From Candidatus Hermodarchaeota archaeon (GTDB taxonomy: Archaea; Asgardarchaeota; Lokiarchaeia; Sigyniarchaeales; SOKP01), in assembly GCA_048885525.1 (NCBI GenBank), contig JBHLLP010000012.1, positions 24,785 through 88,784 on the forward strand: a stretch of DNA of 64,000 nt, read 5' to 3'. A model generated the notes under the pieces. That model worked only from the letters and a program-made list of their open reading frames with translations, did no database searches and was not told the DNA's origin. A program made the position numbers and the translations under genes. Position 1 is the first letter of the stretch; every line of letters starts with the position of its first letter. Below, piece after piece: positions 49,638 to 59,748 of the stretch.

Positions 49638-50483
49638 ATGAAAAATGAAACTGGATATTTTGAAGGAAGAGAAGTGAAAAAGTTATTCTATCAATGTTGG
49701 TTACCTGATTCTGATGAGATTAAGGCTTATATCATTGCAATTCATGGATGGGGAACTCATTCTGATAGATTCAAAACCCCTGCGGAATACTTTATAGAAA
49801 AAGGTTATGCCATCTATGCATTTGACATACGAGGGCATTGGAGAAATGCAGGTGATATACCTGGGCATGTTGATAGCATGGATCATATCCAAAAAGATAC
49901 GCTTCTTTTTATGGATTTTATTCGTGAAATTGCAAAGGATAAAAAAATTTTTTTAATGGGACACTCTTTTGGTGGTTTAGTCAGTTTGATTTTTGCAATA
50001 CATCATCCAAAGTTGCCAGGAGTGTTAATTTCATCTCCACTATTAGGACTGTTTTTAAAGTTATCAATAGGTAAAAAAGTAATAAAATCTCTATCAAAAA
50101 CTCTTGTCAAATTATCTCCTAATAAGATATTAGATAACATTATTGATCAGAATCAATTAACAAGTGATTTAAAGATTTTGCGAAAACATATTGCAGATAA
50201 GCACAAAACAGAAGTAATATCAGTTAAATCTGCTACAGAAATTGATAAATTTTCAAAATGGGCAATGGATAATGCATCAAATTTATTATGCCCTGTATTA
50301 ATAATGCAAGCTGGTGATGATAAAATAGTAGATAAAGAAAAGACAAAAGAGTTTTTCGAACAAGTTAATAGCAAAGACAAGACTTACCGAGAATATGAAG
50401 GATTCCTTCATGAGCTATGGAACGAAAAGGGTAGAGCTCAAGTATATCAGGATATGTTTGTATGGCTTGAAAAACATTTATAA
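49638..50483 (+). CDS. Lysophospholipase/monoacylglycerol lipase-type alpha/beta-hydrolase
   Basis: HGWGTHS, DIRGH, GHSFGG, DKIVD, HELWNE. Confidence 0.9.
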   Translation: MKNETGYFEGREVKKLFYQCWLPDSDEIKAYIIAIHGWGTHSDRFKTPAEYFIEKGYAIYAFDIRGHWRNAGDIPGHVDSMDHIQKDTLLFMDFIREIAKDKKIFLMGHSFGGLVSLIFAIHHPKLPGVLISSPLLGLFLKLSIGKKVIKSLSKTLVKLSPNKILDNIIDQNQLTSDLKILRKHIADKHKTEVISVKSATEIDKFSKWAMDNASNLLCPVLIMQAGDDKIVDKEKTKEFFEQVNSKDKTYREYEGFLHELWNEKGRAQVYQDMFVWLEKHL

Positions 50484-50821
50484 TAAAATAACAAAAACTG
50501 TTATATAGAAAGATTTATTATTAATTCCTATTTTAAAAAGTTGTCATTCTCCTATTAGCCAGCCTTAAATCTATGTAAAAAGTTACAGAATTATATTTAA
50601 AATTATAATAAATTGATATTGAATATTATTTACATATTTTTTATTAATCTGGATCTTTTATTAATAGTACTTAGTATTTTGGAAGTCTCTTAAAAATAAT
50701 AAAAAACCTAGTTAACTTCTATAATATTGTTATTAAAAATTTAACAAATGCAATTAATATTGATTTACTGTTATAATAGATTATATTAATTTTTATGATT
50801 TATCTTTGAAATGAGTGAATC

Positions 50822-53677
50822 ATGGAGGAAATAAACCCAAAGAAACTAACTCCTATGTTGAGACATTGGTATTCTATTCGGAAAAGATATCCTCCAGAAC
50901 ATCTCATTGCTTACCGGATGGGTGATTTTTATGAATTTTTTTACGATGATGCAGAAAAAATTTCAAAACTTTTAGGCATAACCTTAACAAAGAGAGGAGA
51001 TGTTCCTTTAGCAGGGATTCCGCACCATTCTGGTCATAATTATTTTAATAATCTTATGAATCTTGGAGAAACTCTAGTTATTGTAGATCAGCTAGAAGAT
51101 CCATCAACAGTAAAGGGGAGAATTGTAAAACGAGGAGTAACTAGGATAGTTTCTCCAGGAACTGTTACAGAACCAAATTTGTTAAGATCCAATGAGAATA
51201 ACTATATCGCTTCTATGGTAAAAGAGAGAAATGGTTATGGCGTTGCTTTTGCAGATATATCTACAGGAGAATTCATTGCAACAGAATTTTCAACTAGAGA
51301 GCAAGATCCACAAGAGAAACTACTCAGCTTATTTTCTCAATATGATCCTGTAGAATTAATTATTCCTACTGATTTGAAAAAAGAGGAGAGACTTTTTATA
51401 ATTTTAACGGATTTAACAAAAGCAATCATTAAATCCTATGAGGAAAATGTTTTTTTGCATGAGGAAGCTTATACATTAATTACTCGTCACTTTAAAATCT
51501 CAAATTTGAAAAGTTTTGGATTAGAAGATAAAGAAATAGCTGTTCAAGCAGCTGGGGGTCTTTTAGCATTTTTAAAAGACACTCAACGAGATGTAATTCC
51601 AAACATTTTTAAAATTAATCTTATCCATGAAGAAGGCGTGCTCCATTTGGATTATATTACTCAAAGAAATTTAGAGTTAATTAATTCTTTATGGGAGAGA
51701 GGAAAAGATGTTACATTGTATTCTATTTTTAACAATACTCATACTCCAATGGGAGCACGTTTATTAAAAAAGTATATTCTCCAACCCTTAACAAATGAGG
51801 AGGAAATAAATCAAAGACTCAATATTGTTCAGAAATTTAAAGATGACATTTTTCTAAGATCAGATTTAAGGGAAGAATTGAGAATAATTGGTGATCTTGA
51901 GAGATATATTAATAGAATTAATTATGGGGGTCGTGCAAATGCTCGAGATTTAATAAATATCAAGCTTTCGTTAGAAAAAATTCCAAAAATTATAGAATTA
52001 TTAGAAAAAGCAGATATTCCCGAAATTTCCAAATTTGTAACAAAAATACGAGCTTTTGATGAAATAAAAAACTTGATAGATGTCTCAATAAAAGATAATC
52101 CACCAAACACCATTAGAGAAGGAAATATTATTAAAGATGGTTTCAACAACGGTGTAGACGAACTGAGGGATATAATTCATAATGGGAAAAAATATGTCTT
52201 AGAATATGAACAAGAACAGAAGAAAAGGTTGAATTTAACGACGGGGTTAAAAGTTGGATATAATAATATCCTTGGTTATTATATTGAAATAACCTTAAGA
52301 ACACTTAAAAGTATCAAGATAATTCCGGAAGAATATGTTGAAAGAGCAACGCTCAAAAATGCAAAAAGATTTACTACTAAAAAACTAAAAGAACTTGAAG
52401 AAAAAATAGTCAATGCTGAGGAAAAAATCAATGATTTAGAATATGAAATTTTTAATACTATTCGAGAAAATGTCGAAAAGGAAACAAAGGATATCCTTGA
52501 AACAGCGCAAAATATAGCAATCATTGATGTTCTTTCATGCTTCGCTGAAATTTCAGAACGATATAATTATTGTCGTCCTAAGATAAATATTGAAAATAAA
52601 ATTGTAATTAAAGCAGGTAGACACCCTGTAGTTGAGCAGATAAACTTGGATGAACAATTTATACCTAATGAATGTTATTTAGATAATGAAAATGACCAAT
52701 TATTAATTATTACAGGCCCTAATATGGCAGGTAAAAGTACATATCTTAGACAAGTAGCATTAATATGTATAATTGCACAGATGGGATGTTTTGTTCCTGC
52801 TAAATCTGCAACAATAGGAATAATTGACCAAATTTTCACACGCATAGGAGCTTCGGATGATCTTGCAAGAAAATTAAGCACTTTTATGATTGAAATGACA
52901 GAAACAGCTAAAATATTAAATTATGCTACACCAAAAAGCCTTATAATAATAGATGAATTAGGAAGGGGAACAAGTACTAGTGATGGTCAGAGTATAGCAA
53001 TGGCGACTCTTGAAAAACTCCATGAATTAAAAATTAAGACTTTATTTAGTACTCATTATCACCAATTGACAGAAATAAATTTACCAGGAGTAAAAAATTA
53101 TCATTTAGATATTATTGAAAATGATGATGGGAGTATAAATTTTGTGAGAACTTTAAAACCAGGAAGCACAGATAAATCATATGGTATTCATGTAGCAAAA
53201 TTAGCTGGGATTCCAGACGATGTAATTATAAGGGCATTTGAAATTCTTGAACAAATAGAAGAAAAGGATTCTTTTAGAACAACAATAAGAGAAAATGGGG
53301 ATATCGTTTCTTCTGGCAAATATTATGACAAAATAATTAATGGAAAGAAAAATGAACTTGCGAAATTAAACTTAGAATTAAAAGGTATTAAAGAATCTCT
53401 GAGTGAATGCTATGAAGATTTAAGAAAAACAGAAAAGAATCTTGAAGAAAAAAAGAGAAAAGTTAAAGATTTAGAAATTAAAAGTGAATCTAAAAGAGCT
53501 AAAATTCCAAAAAAGAAAAAGTATGTACAAACCAGTTTATTTGAACCAATAGCTAGTAAAGAGAAAATTTCCGATTTACTAGATTTTATTAATGAAATGA
53601 ATATAAAATCAGATATTCCAGATACATTAAAAGAACAATTGGCAGAACTTAAAAAAAAAATAGAAAAACTTGGTTAA
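50822..53677 (+). CDS. mutS: DNA mismatch repair protein MutS (MutS1)
   Basis: TPM, RMGDFYEFF, GRHPVVE, TGPNMAGKSTYLRQ, STFMIEM, DELGRGTS, STHYH, SYGIHVAKLAG. Confidence 0.97.
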   Translation: MEEINPKKLTPMLRHWYSIRKRYPPEHLIAYRMGDFYEFFYDDAEKISKLLGITLTKRGDVPLAGIPHHSGHNYFNNLMNLGETLVIVDQLEDPSTVKGRIVKRGVTRIVSPGTVTEPNLLRSNENNYIASMVKERNGYGVAFADISTGEFIATEFSTREQDPQEKLLSLFSQYDPVELIIPTDLKKEERLFIILTDLTKAIIKSYEENVFLHEEAYTLITRHFKISNLKSFGLEDKEIAVQAAGGLLAFLKDTQRDVIPNIFKINLIHEEGVLHLDYITQRNLELINSLWERGKDVTLYSIFNNTHTPMGARLLKKYILQPLTNEEEINQRLNIVQKFKDDIFLRSDLREELRIIGDLERYINRINYGGRANARDLINIKLSLEKIPKIIELLEKADIPEISKFVTKIRAFDEIKNLIDVSIKDNPPNTIREGNIIKDGFNNGVDELRDIIHNGKKYVLEYEQEQKKRLNLTTGLKVGYNNILGYYIEITLRTLKSIKIIPEEYVERATLKNAKRFTTKKLKELEEKIVNAEEKINDLEYEIFNTIRENVEKETKDILETAQNIAIIDVLSCFAEISERYNYCRPKINIENKIVIKAGRHPVVEQINLDEQFIPNECYLDNENDQLLIITGPNMAGKSTYLRQVALICIIAQMGCFVPAKSATIGIIDQIFTRIGASDDLARKLSTFMIEMTETAKILNYATPKSLIIIDELGRGTSTSDGQSIAMATLEKLHELKIKTLFSTHYHQLTEINLPGVKNYHLDIIENDDGSINFVRTLKPGSTDKSYGIHVAKLAGIPDDVIIRAFEILEQIEEKDSFRTTIRENGDIVSSGKYYDKIINGKKNELAKLNLELKGIKESLSECYEDLRKTEKNLEEKKRKVKDLEIKSESKRAKIPKKKKYVQTSLFEPIASKEKISDLLDFINEMNIKSDIPDTLKEQLAELKKKIEKLG

Positions 53678-54612
53678 GCTAAAATAACTGGTATTACAAA
53701 GACGATTGTTGTAAGATAAACATAATATATTGTTATTATTGAAACAAGAATTATTCGATATAAATTCTTATTCTTTTCATTTTTAATATTCTCTAAAAAT
53801 ATGATAAACAACAGACCAATGAATGTTAAATGAGAAGGTTGTAAAGCCTTCCATAAAATTGAATCGATGAATAAAAAGCCTCTTATTTCAGCATCGCTAT
53901 GTCCCCAATTATTCAGCATTTGAAAGAAATAATCAGGAAAAATCAAATAAGGAATACAAATTACAAAAAGTGGAACTAAAAAGTAAATAAGATCTTTCCA
54001 CTTTACTTTTTTAATTATAAGTAAAATTGGAAGAAATAGTAGTGCGGTTATTTTAAACGTAGCAAGTGTGAATAAAATACCAGCAATCCACTTTCTATCT
54101 CTTTCGAAAAAAACATAAGAATAAAATAATAAGAATAAAATTAAAAAATTGACATTATTATAATAAGCGTCAATAGAATACCCTACAATGCACATTAAGT
54201 AAAAAATTAGTAAATCTTTTTTATTTTTAAATATTTTCGGTGATTCTTTTACAACCAATATCGTTAAAGCTAATCTTAGAACATCCCAGATATACACTCC
54301 TATAATAGTATTAAAAGGTATTATATATATGAGGTAAAATATAAAATACCAAAAATAAAGATAATAAGGAGGCCAATCTGAAATTGGAACAGGATCGTAG
54401 AAATCAATCAAATTATTATCCATGCCTGCTATAAGTATTTTAAAATCAATATCCTTAGTTTGTTGAATCCACTCAGAGATTTCGAAGAAATATAAAAATA
54501 TTCGTAATATTACGAGGGCAATTGTGATAATTATAAAAATAATTATAAAATAGAAATTAAAGGAATATTTTTTCTCCTCGTTGATTGTATGTTGATTACC
54601 CATAATTTTCAC
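53674..54612 (-). CDS. Polytopic membrane protein, GT87/DUF2029 (GT-C fold) glycosyltransferase-like
   Basis: Many TM helices; DIDF, WPPYYLY, NNVNFL, AGILFTLATFKI pattern typical of GT-C enzymes. Confidence 0.6.
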   Translation of the reverse strand: MKIMGNQHTINEEKKYSFNFYFIIIFIIITIALVILRIFLYFFEISEWIQQTKDIDFKILIAGMDNNLIDFYDPVPISDWPPYYLYFWYFIFYLIYIIPFNTIIGVYIWDVLRLALTILVVKESPKIFKNKKDLLIFYLMCIVGYSIDAYYNNVNFLILFLLFYSYVFFERDRKWIAGILFTLATFKITALLFLPILLIIKKVKWKDLIYFLVPLFVICIPYLIFPDYFFQMLNNWGHSDAEIRGFLFIDSILWKALQPSHLTFIGLLFIIFLENIKNEKNKNLYRIILVSIITIYYVYLTTIVFVIPVILA

Positions 54613-54812
54613 ACAATAGAATTATAATAAAGTATTAAAAGAAATTTATAAGACTTACCTTCAATTTAATGGGTAAATTAGAAATAATCATAAATCTAAA
54701 TTTCATTTAAACTTTAATAGAGTACTATTTTAAATTTGATTGTAATGAGAAATATATTAGTCTTGCAATCCTATCATATTATTGAAAAAATTAGGAAAAC
54801 TGTTTTATAATT

Positions 54813-56678
54813 GTGAAAGTAAGAAAAATTGAAAAAATTATAGATGCAGAAAAAATCGCAGCGGGAGAAGTCGTTGATAGACCTGCTAATATCGTTAAAG
54901 AACTTATAGAGAATAGTATCGATGCCCTAGCATCAGAAATAAGAATTATAGTAAAAAGAGCTGGGAAATCGTTAATTCATGTAATAGATAATGGTTATGG
55001 CATTCCATCAGAAGATATAGTAATGGCTTTTGAGAGACATACGAGTAATAAAATAAGAAGTATCAAGGATTTAGAATATCTTTCTACTTTAGGATTTAGA
55101 GGGGAAGCACTTGCAAGTATCGCTGCTGTAAGCAAAGTAGAAGTGACTTCGAGAGTAGATTATGAAGAGAAAGGCGTAAACTTACATATTGAAGGCGGTA
55201 AAATCATAGATCATAAAAAAGTTTCATGCCCTGTTGGAACAAGTATTCAGGTGAAAAATTTATTTTATAATTTACCAGCAAGACAAAAGTTTCTTAAAAC
55301 AGATGCTACAGAATTGAGTCATATTACAGATATTGTTCAGAGATATTCGTTAGCATACCCCAAACTTCATTTCTTATATCGTCATAATGATTTAGACATC
55401 CTCAACTGTCCTGCCTTCAATGATTTAAAAACAACTGTATTTCATATCTATGGAAAAAAAATAGCACAATTAATGGAATCTTTTGACTACACTGAGAATG
55501 ATACTAATTTTAAGGTTTCGGGCTTATTAGGCCATCCACAAATTGCTAAAAAGAATAGGTCTTATTCCAGCTTATTTATTAACAAACGCTATATTATTAG
55601 TGATACATTATTTCGAGCTATTCACGAAGCATATGAAGGAACATTAATGAAAAGTAAGTATCCTTTTTTTATTATAAATATTGAGCTTGATCCTTCTGTA
55701 ATTGATTTCAATGTTCACCCAAAGAAGCTTCATGTAAGATTTGAAAGAGAAGAATCAATATATAATAAAATATATAACGTTATTCAAAGTATTGTGGAAG
55801 ATAAATTTATAACCAAAGAGGCAAAATATGTATCCACAGAATTAGAGGATTTTATACCTAAAGAAGAGAAAGAATTAACTAAAGTTTCAAAAGAATTAAT
55901 CGAAGTAAAAGGAAGAAATAGCAAAAAAGAAAAAGTGTCCTCAGAAGAACTTAAAAAACCCGAAGAAAGTGTCCAATTAATTTTAAGCGATCAACTTTTT
56001 GATGAGGAGGCTCAAAAAAGAATGCCTTCTGAAACTTATCTGCGTGGAAAATATATAATTTCTGAGAATTTTCCAAAATTGCGCTTAATCTCTCAAACGG
56101 GTCAACTAAGTAATAAAATATATGTCGTTTTAGAGGGAATCAATGAAAATGATGAAGAGGGATTATTTATTTTGGATCAACATGCAGCTTCAGAAAGGAT
56201 AAATAAGGAAAAATTCTTAGATGCTTATGAAACTTCAAAAATGAGTAAACAAAGACTAATAGTGGCTTTAAAAATCGATGTTTCTCCCAGTGAAAGGATA
56301 TTTTTAGAATCTAATCTATCTGAAATTAGAAAGTTAGGATTCAATTTTGAACACTTTGGTGGAAACACGTTCATTTTGAGAGAAATACCAACTATTATGG
56401 AAAAAGTTCCAGACATTCATATTATAAAAGATATAATCAGTGACATAACGAAAATTGGAAAAGAAAAGAGTTTTTCAGAAGTTAAAGAAGATATAATCAA
56501 TTATTTATCATGTCATAAAAGTATTAGAGGAGGTGATGATCTCTCATTGAAGGATATTAGAAATTTATTGATTGAATTAGCAAAATGTAAGGATTCCTAT
56601 CATTGTGCCCATGGAAGACCTACCTTAAGATTTTTCTCATATAAAGAATTAGATAAATTATTTAAAAGGATAGTATAA
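54813..56678 (+). CDS. mutL: DNA mismatch repair endonuclease MutL
   Basis: IAAGEVVDRP..VKELIENSIDA, GFRGEALASI, DFNVHP, DQHAASERINKE, CAHGRPT. Confidence 0.97.
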   Translation: MKVRKIEKIIDAEKIAAGEVVDRPANIVKELIENSIDALASEIRIIVKRAGKSLIHVIDNGYGIPSEDIVMAFERHTSNKIRSIKDLEYLSTLGFRGEALASIAAVSKVEVTSRVDYEEKGVNLHIEGGKIIDHKKVSCPVGTSIQVKNLFYNLPARQKFLKTDATELSHITDIVQRYSLAYPKLHFLYRHNDLDILNCPAFNDLKTTVFHIYGKKIAQLMESFDYTENDTNFKVSGLLGHPQIAKKNRSYSSLFINKRYIISDTLFRAIHEAYEGTLMKSKYPFFIINIELDPSVIDFNVHPKKLHVRFEREESIYNKIYNVIQSIVEDKFITKEAKYVSTELEDFIPKEEKELTKVSKELIEVKGRNSKKEKVSSEELKKPEESVQLILSDQLFDEEAQKRMPSETYLRGKYIISENFPKLRLISQTGQLSNKIYVVLEGINENDEEGLFILDQHAASERINKEKFLDAYETSKMSKQRLIVALKIDVSPSERIFLESNLSEIRKLGFNFEHFGGNTFILREIPTIMEKVPDIHIIKDIISDITKIGKEKSFSEVKEDIINYLSCHKSIRGGDDLSLKDIRNLLIELAKCKDSYHCAHGRPTLRFFSYKELDKLFKRIV

Positions 56679-56700
56679 TAAAAATTAGAGAACGTTTTTC

Positions 56701-56967
56701 TTATGCTTTTGAAAATGCGATAGCTTCAATACCTTGTATTCCCTCTACTTGCCTAAATAATTCTTCCAATCTATCTGTTCCACCCCATTCTTCTGGGTAT
56801 CTTACTCGAACTCTAGCTTTCTTCAATCCAAAGGCAACAGGCATTATATCATACTGTTCCATAATACAAGTATTAGGTAATACATTTTTTAATTTGCCTA
56901 TAAAATCCTCAAAATTAATATCAGTTTCATCTGGAACAACATCAATTAACGCAATAAATTCTCCCAT
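56701..56967 (-). CDS. ef1b: Translation elongation factor 1-beta
   Basis: MGEFIALIDVVP, PVAFGLK, GGTD..E; ATG at 56967. Confidence 0.9.
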   Translation of the reverse strand: MGEFIALIDVVPDETDINFEDFIGKLKNVLPNTCIMEQYDIMPVAFGLKKARVRVRYPEEWGGTDRLEELFRQVEGIQGIEAIAFSKA

Positions 56968-56992
56968 TTTAATCTTTCCATTACAATTTGTT

Positions 56993-57169
56993 TTAAGGTC
57001 CTGAAAAGTCACATTTCAAACAACGGTATTCCTTCCCCATTTCTCTGCAACGCTCACATCGCCAAATAGTAACGTCTCCACACAAAGGGCAAGGAAAATG
57101 AACTGCATCTTCATATGGAGCAATCGGTTTTTGGCATCCAAAACAGAAATTCTTTTTGAAAATGCTCAT
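56993..57169 (-). CDS. Small zinc-finger protein (DUF1610-like), 58 aa
   Basis: Not in ORF track. MSIFKKNFCFGCQKPIAPYEDAVHFPCPLCGDVTIWRCERCREMGKEYRCLKCDFSGP: four CxxC pairs, at the usual archaeal position upstream of EF-1beta. Confidence 0.9.
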   Translation of the reverse strand: MSIFKKNFCFGCQKPIAPYEDAVHFPCPLCGDVTIWRCERCREMGKEYRCLKCDFSGP

Positions 57170-57420
57170 AGATTAGTTATATATTACTTTAATAGAACTT
57201 AGATTTTAAAATATATTATAACTTTAATTATTTTTGGTTTTAAAAATTGACCTTAATAGAATTAGGTTTATTCGCACCTTTTTCAATGATTAACTTGTTA
57301 ATTTAAATTGATTAATTCATTCTAGGAAAAAAAAGCAAATTAAATTTTAAATTAATAAACACCTTAATTTGCATATAAAATATCTATTAAATTTTAAATT
57401 CCTTTTTAAAGAGAACTAAG

Positions 57421-57951
57421 ATGCCAGAAAATAAAGTGAAGAAATACTTTTCATTAATAGAAGCATGGGCATGGTGCGATATATGTAATGATATGGTTGC
57501 TCTAAATATAGATAAAAAAGAGATTATCGATGGATTGAAGATGAGTATTTACACTAAAGAGCATAAACATTCAAATCCTTATCCAGATGTTGAAGATCCA
57601 GAGGATTTATCAGGACAAGAGCACACAATATATATTTATATAAATGATAATTATGATATTACAGGAGTAAAAGCTTTTTTTGGAGAATCACCGACTACTG
57701 AGGAAATTGGTGCTGAAACCATTCAAGAAGGAGGTGAAGTAAGAATCCCAATTGTTGTAAAGGAAATCCCTCCCATGGCTGTACAATTTGGAATGTTAAA
57801 CAAGGAGCAATTTAAAGTGTTAAAGATATGCGATGGAATGAATACTCTTGAACAAGTAGCGAGTATTGCTGAAAAGAGTGTAAAAGAAGTAGAGAAAATG
57901 ATGGATCAGCTCAGAAAGAAAGGATTAGTAAAAGTTATTAAAAGAACTTGA
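57421..57951 (+). CDS. Hypothetical protein with N-terminal CxxC and C-terminal winged HTH
   Basis: WCDICND; EQFKVLKICDGMNTLEQVA...LRKKGLVK. Confidence 0.75.
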   Translation: MPENKVKKYFSLIEAWAWCDICNDMVALNIDKKEIIDGLKMSIYTKEHKHSNPYPDVEDPEDLSGQEHTIYIYINDNYDITGVKAFFGESPTTEEIGAETIQEGGEVRIPIVVKEIPPMAVQFGMLNKEQFKVLKICDGMNTLEQVASIAEKSVKEVEKMMDQLRKKGLVKVIKRT

Positions 57952-57989
57952 GGATTATTCTCTTTTTATTAATTAAAAATTTTTAATAA

Positions 57990-58541
57990 TTAACTGACAT
58001 TTTCGATCATTTTCTTAGAGATAGATTCAAAAATCTCTTCTACTTTATCTCCAGTTTTGGCAGAGCATTCAAAATATCCGTTTAAATTATAAGCTCTTGA
58101 TAATTCTAATGCCTCTTCAGTATCAACTGTTCTTTTATCGATTAAATCAATTTTTCCCCCAACCATAAAGATAGGAATTTTAATTGTTGATTCAGACACG
58201 AAATATTCGAAAATGGAGAGCCAGTCAGCAATATCTTTTATACTTGAATATCTTGTAGTATCAAACATAAAAATACCTCCATTTGCCCCTTTAGCAAAAC
58301 TAGGAAGGAGCACTCTAAATCGTTCTTCTCCTGCAAAATCCCATATACGAAGTGAAACTGTTTTTCCTTCAACTATAACATTTTTAACACTGAAATCTGC
58401 TCCTATTGTCATTTTGATATCTTCTTCAAATACTTTTGTTACGAATCGTCTTATTAATGTTGTTTTTCCAACCCCTCCTGCCCCAAAAATACACAGTTTA
58501 AAAGCAATTTTTGAGCTGTTGTCTTCCTGTGTGCTATACAT
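57990..58541 (-). CDS. Rab-like small GTPase
   Basis: GAGGVGKT, TIGADF, WDFAGEERF, GKID, ECSAK; no C-terminal Cys prenylation motif. Confidence 0.93.
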   Translation of the reverse strand: MYSTQEDNSSKIAFKLCIFGAGGVGKTTLIRRFVTKVFEEDIKMTIGADFSVKNVIVEGKTVSLRIWDFAGEERFRVLLPSFAKGANGGIFMFDTTRYSSIKDIADWLSIFEYFVSESTIKIPIFMVGGKIDLIDKRTVDTEEALELSRAYNLNGYFECSAKTGDKVEEIFESISKKMIENVS

Positions 58542-58919
58542 GATTAGATTAATCCTACTAAATTTAATTTAGGTTTAGGAAAAAATTAAACCCGATTTCT
58601 TTTTGTTTGGACTTTTTTTTGTTCAACAAAAAACAATTTCTATTGAAGTTATCACCGTATTTAAAGTCAAAAAACATTTCTTTTTCTTAATAATCTGTTC
58701 TGATCTGTAAAAATATTTTTTCTATCTAAAGTAATTAAAATTTTATTATGAATACTATTTATTTTTTATGTTCTTTAGAGATATTATGTAATTTTTATTA
58801 GTCTCATCAAAAACTAATTCCAAAAATTCGGTTACAAGTACCATTAATTTAATTTTAGTTCTTAAACTATTTCTAAAAAATCTGAAAGATCCAAGAACAA
58901 TGGCAATTCTATATCAATT

Positions 58920-59339
58920 CTACTTAATGATATCAGTTATGAAACAAGTTTCGATTATTTTTATCCCTGAAATCTGTGATATTTTTTCTTCGATTAAAGG
59001 GTTAAATTTATCAATTGAATCGATATCAACTTTTAAAAGAAGTCCACAATCACCTGAAAGTCGCCAAATGTTTGCAATTTCATCTATTTCTATTAGCTCT
59101 TTCAATATTCGTTTAATATCCTTGAAATCAGGTTCAATTTTTATAGTTGCATGAATCATTTGTTTTGAATCAATTTCATAATTAATAGTGAATTTCTTTA
59201 TTGTTCCTTCTTCTATTAATTTTTTAACACGTCTTCTAACGGTTGCTTCTGTTTTTTTAACTTTTTGAGATATATCATTGTATGATAACCTGCTATTTTC
59301 TTTCAGAAGTTCCAAAATCTTTAAGTCAATAATATCCAT
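58920..59339 (-). CDS. Lrp/AsnC family transcriptional regulator
   Basis: DLKILELLKENSR...TVRRRVKKL..G.I, RAM domain LSGD. Confidence 0.92.
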   Translation of the reverse strand: MDIIDLKILELLKENSRLSYNDISQKVKKTEATVRRRVKKLIEEGTIKKFTINYEIDSKQMIHATIKIEPDFKDIKRILKELIEIDEIANIWRLSGDCGLLLKVDIDSIDKFNPLIEEKISQISGIKIIETCFITDIIK

Positions 59340-59748
59340 ATCTATATCTCAAGTTATCTAATATCTGTAATTAAAGTTTATATTATTCTATTATTAAATT
59401 ATATTAATGCATTTATAATTTCAAATTTATTGATCTGTTAGGAGGGGTTTATATCTCATCAAATTATCAGTTTATAAATAACTTCTAAATGTTTCTTAAG
59501 TTCAGTAATAATTGTCTCATCTTTTTTCAGGCTATTAAAATTTATTTAAATCCTACTATTATACAACATCAAATATGATCATTTAATGTATAAATTACTA
59601 GAATTTCTGTGACTAATTTACAAAAATTCATTATGTATTTTTTAAAAAAAATTTAATATTTTGATTAATTTTTTTTCATAGAAAATTTTAAAACTAAAAT
59701 TATTGTTAAATTTTATTTCTGAACTTAAATTGAAGAAAAAATATAGGT

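Noticed and set aside
56968-57012. Track N-terminal extension of EF-1beta
   Set aside because: Overlaps the zinc-finger gene; homology starts at MGEF (56967).
58213-59154. Plus-strand ORFs 58213-58572 and 58900-59154
   Set aside because: Antisense to the Rab-like GTPase and Lrp genes.
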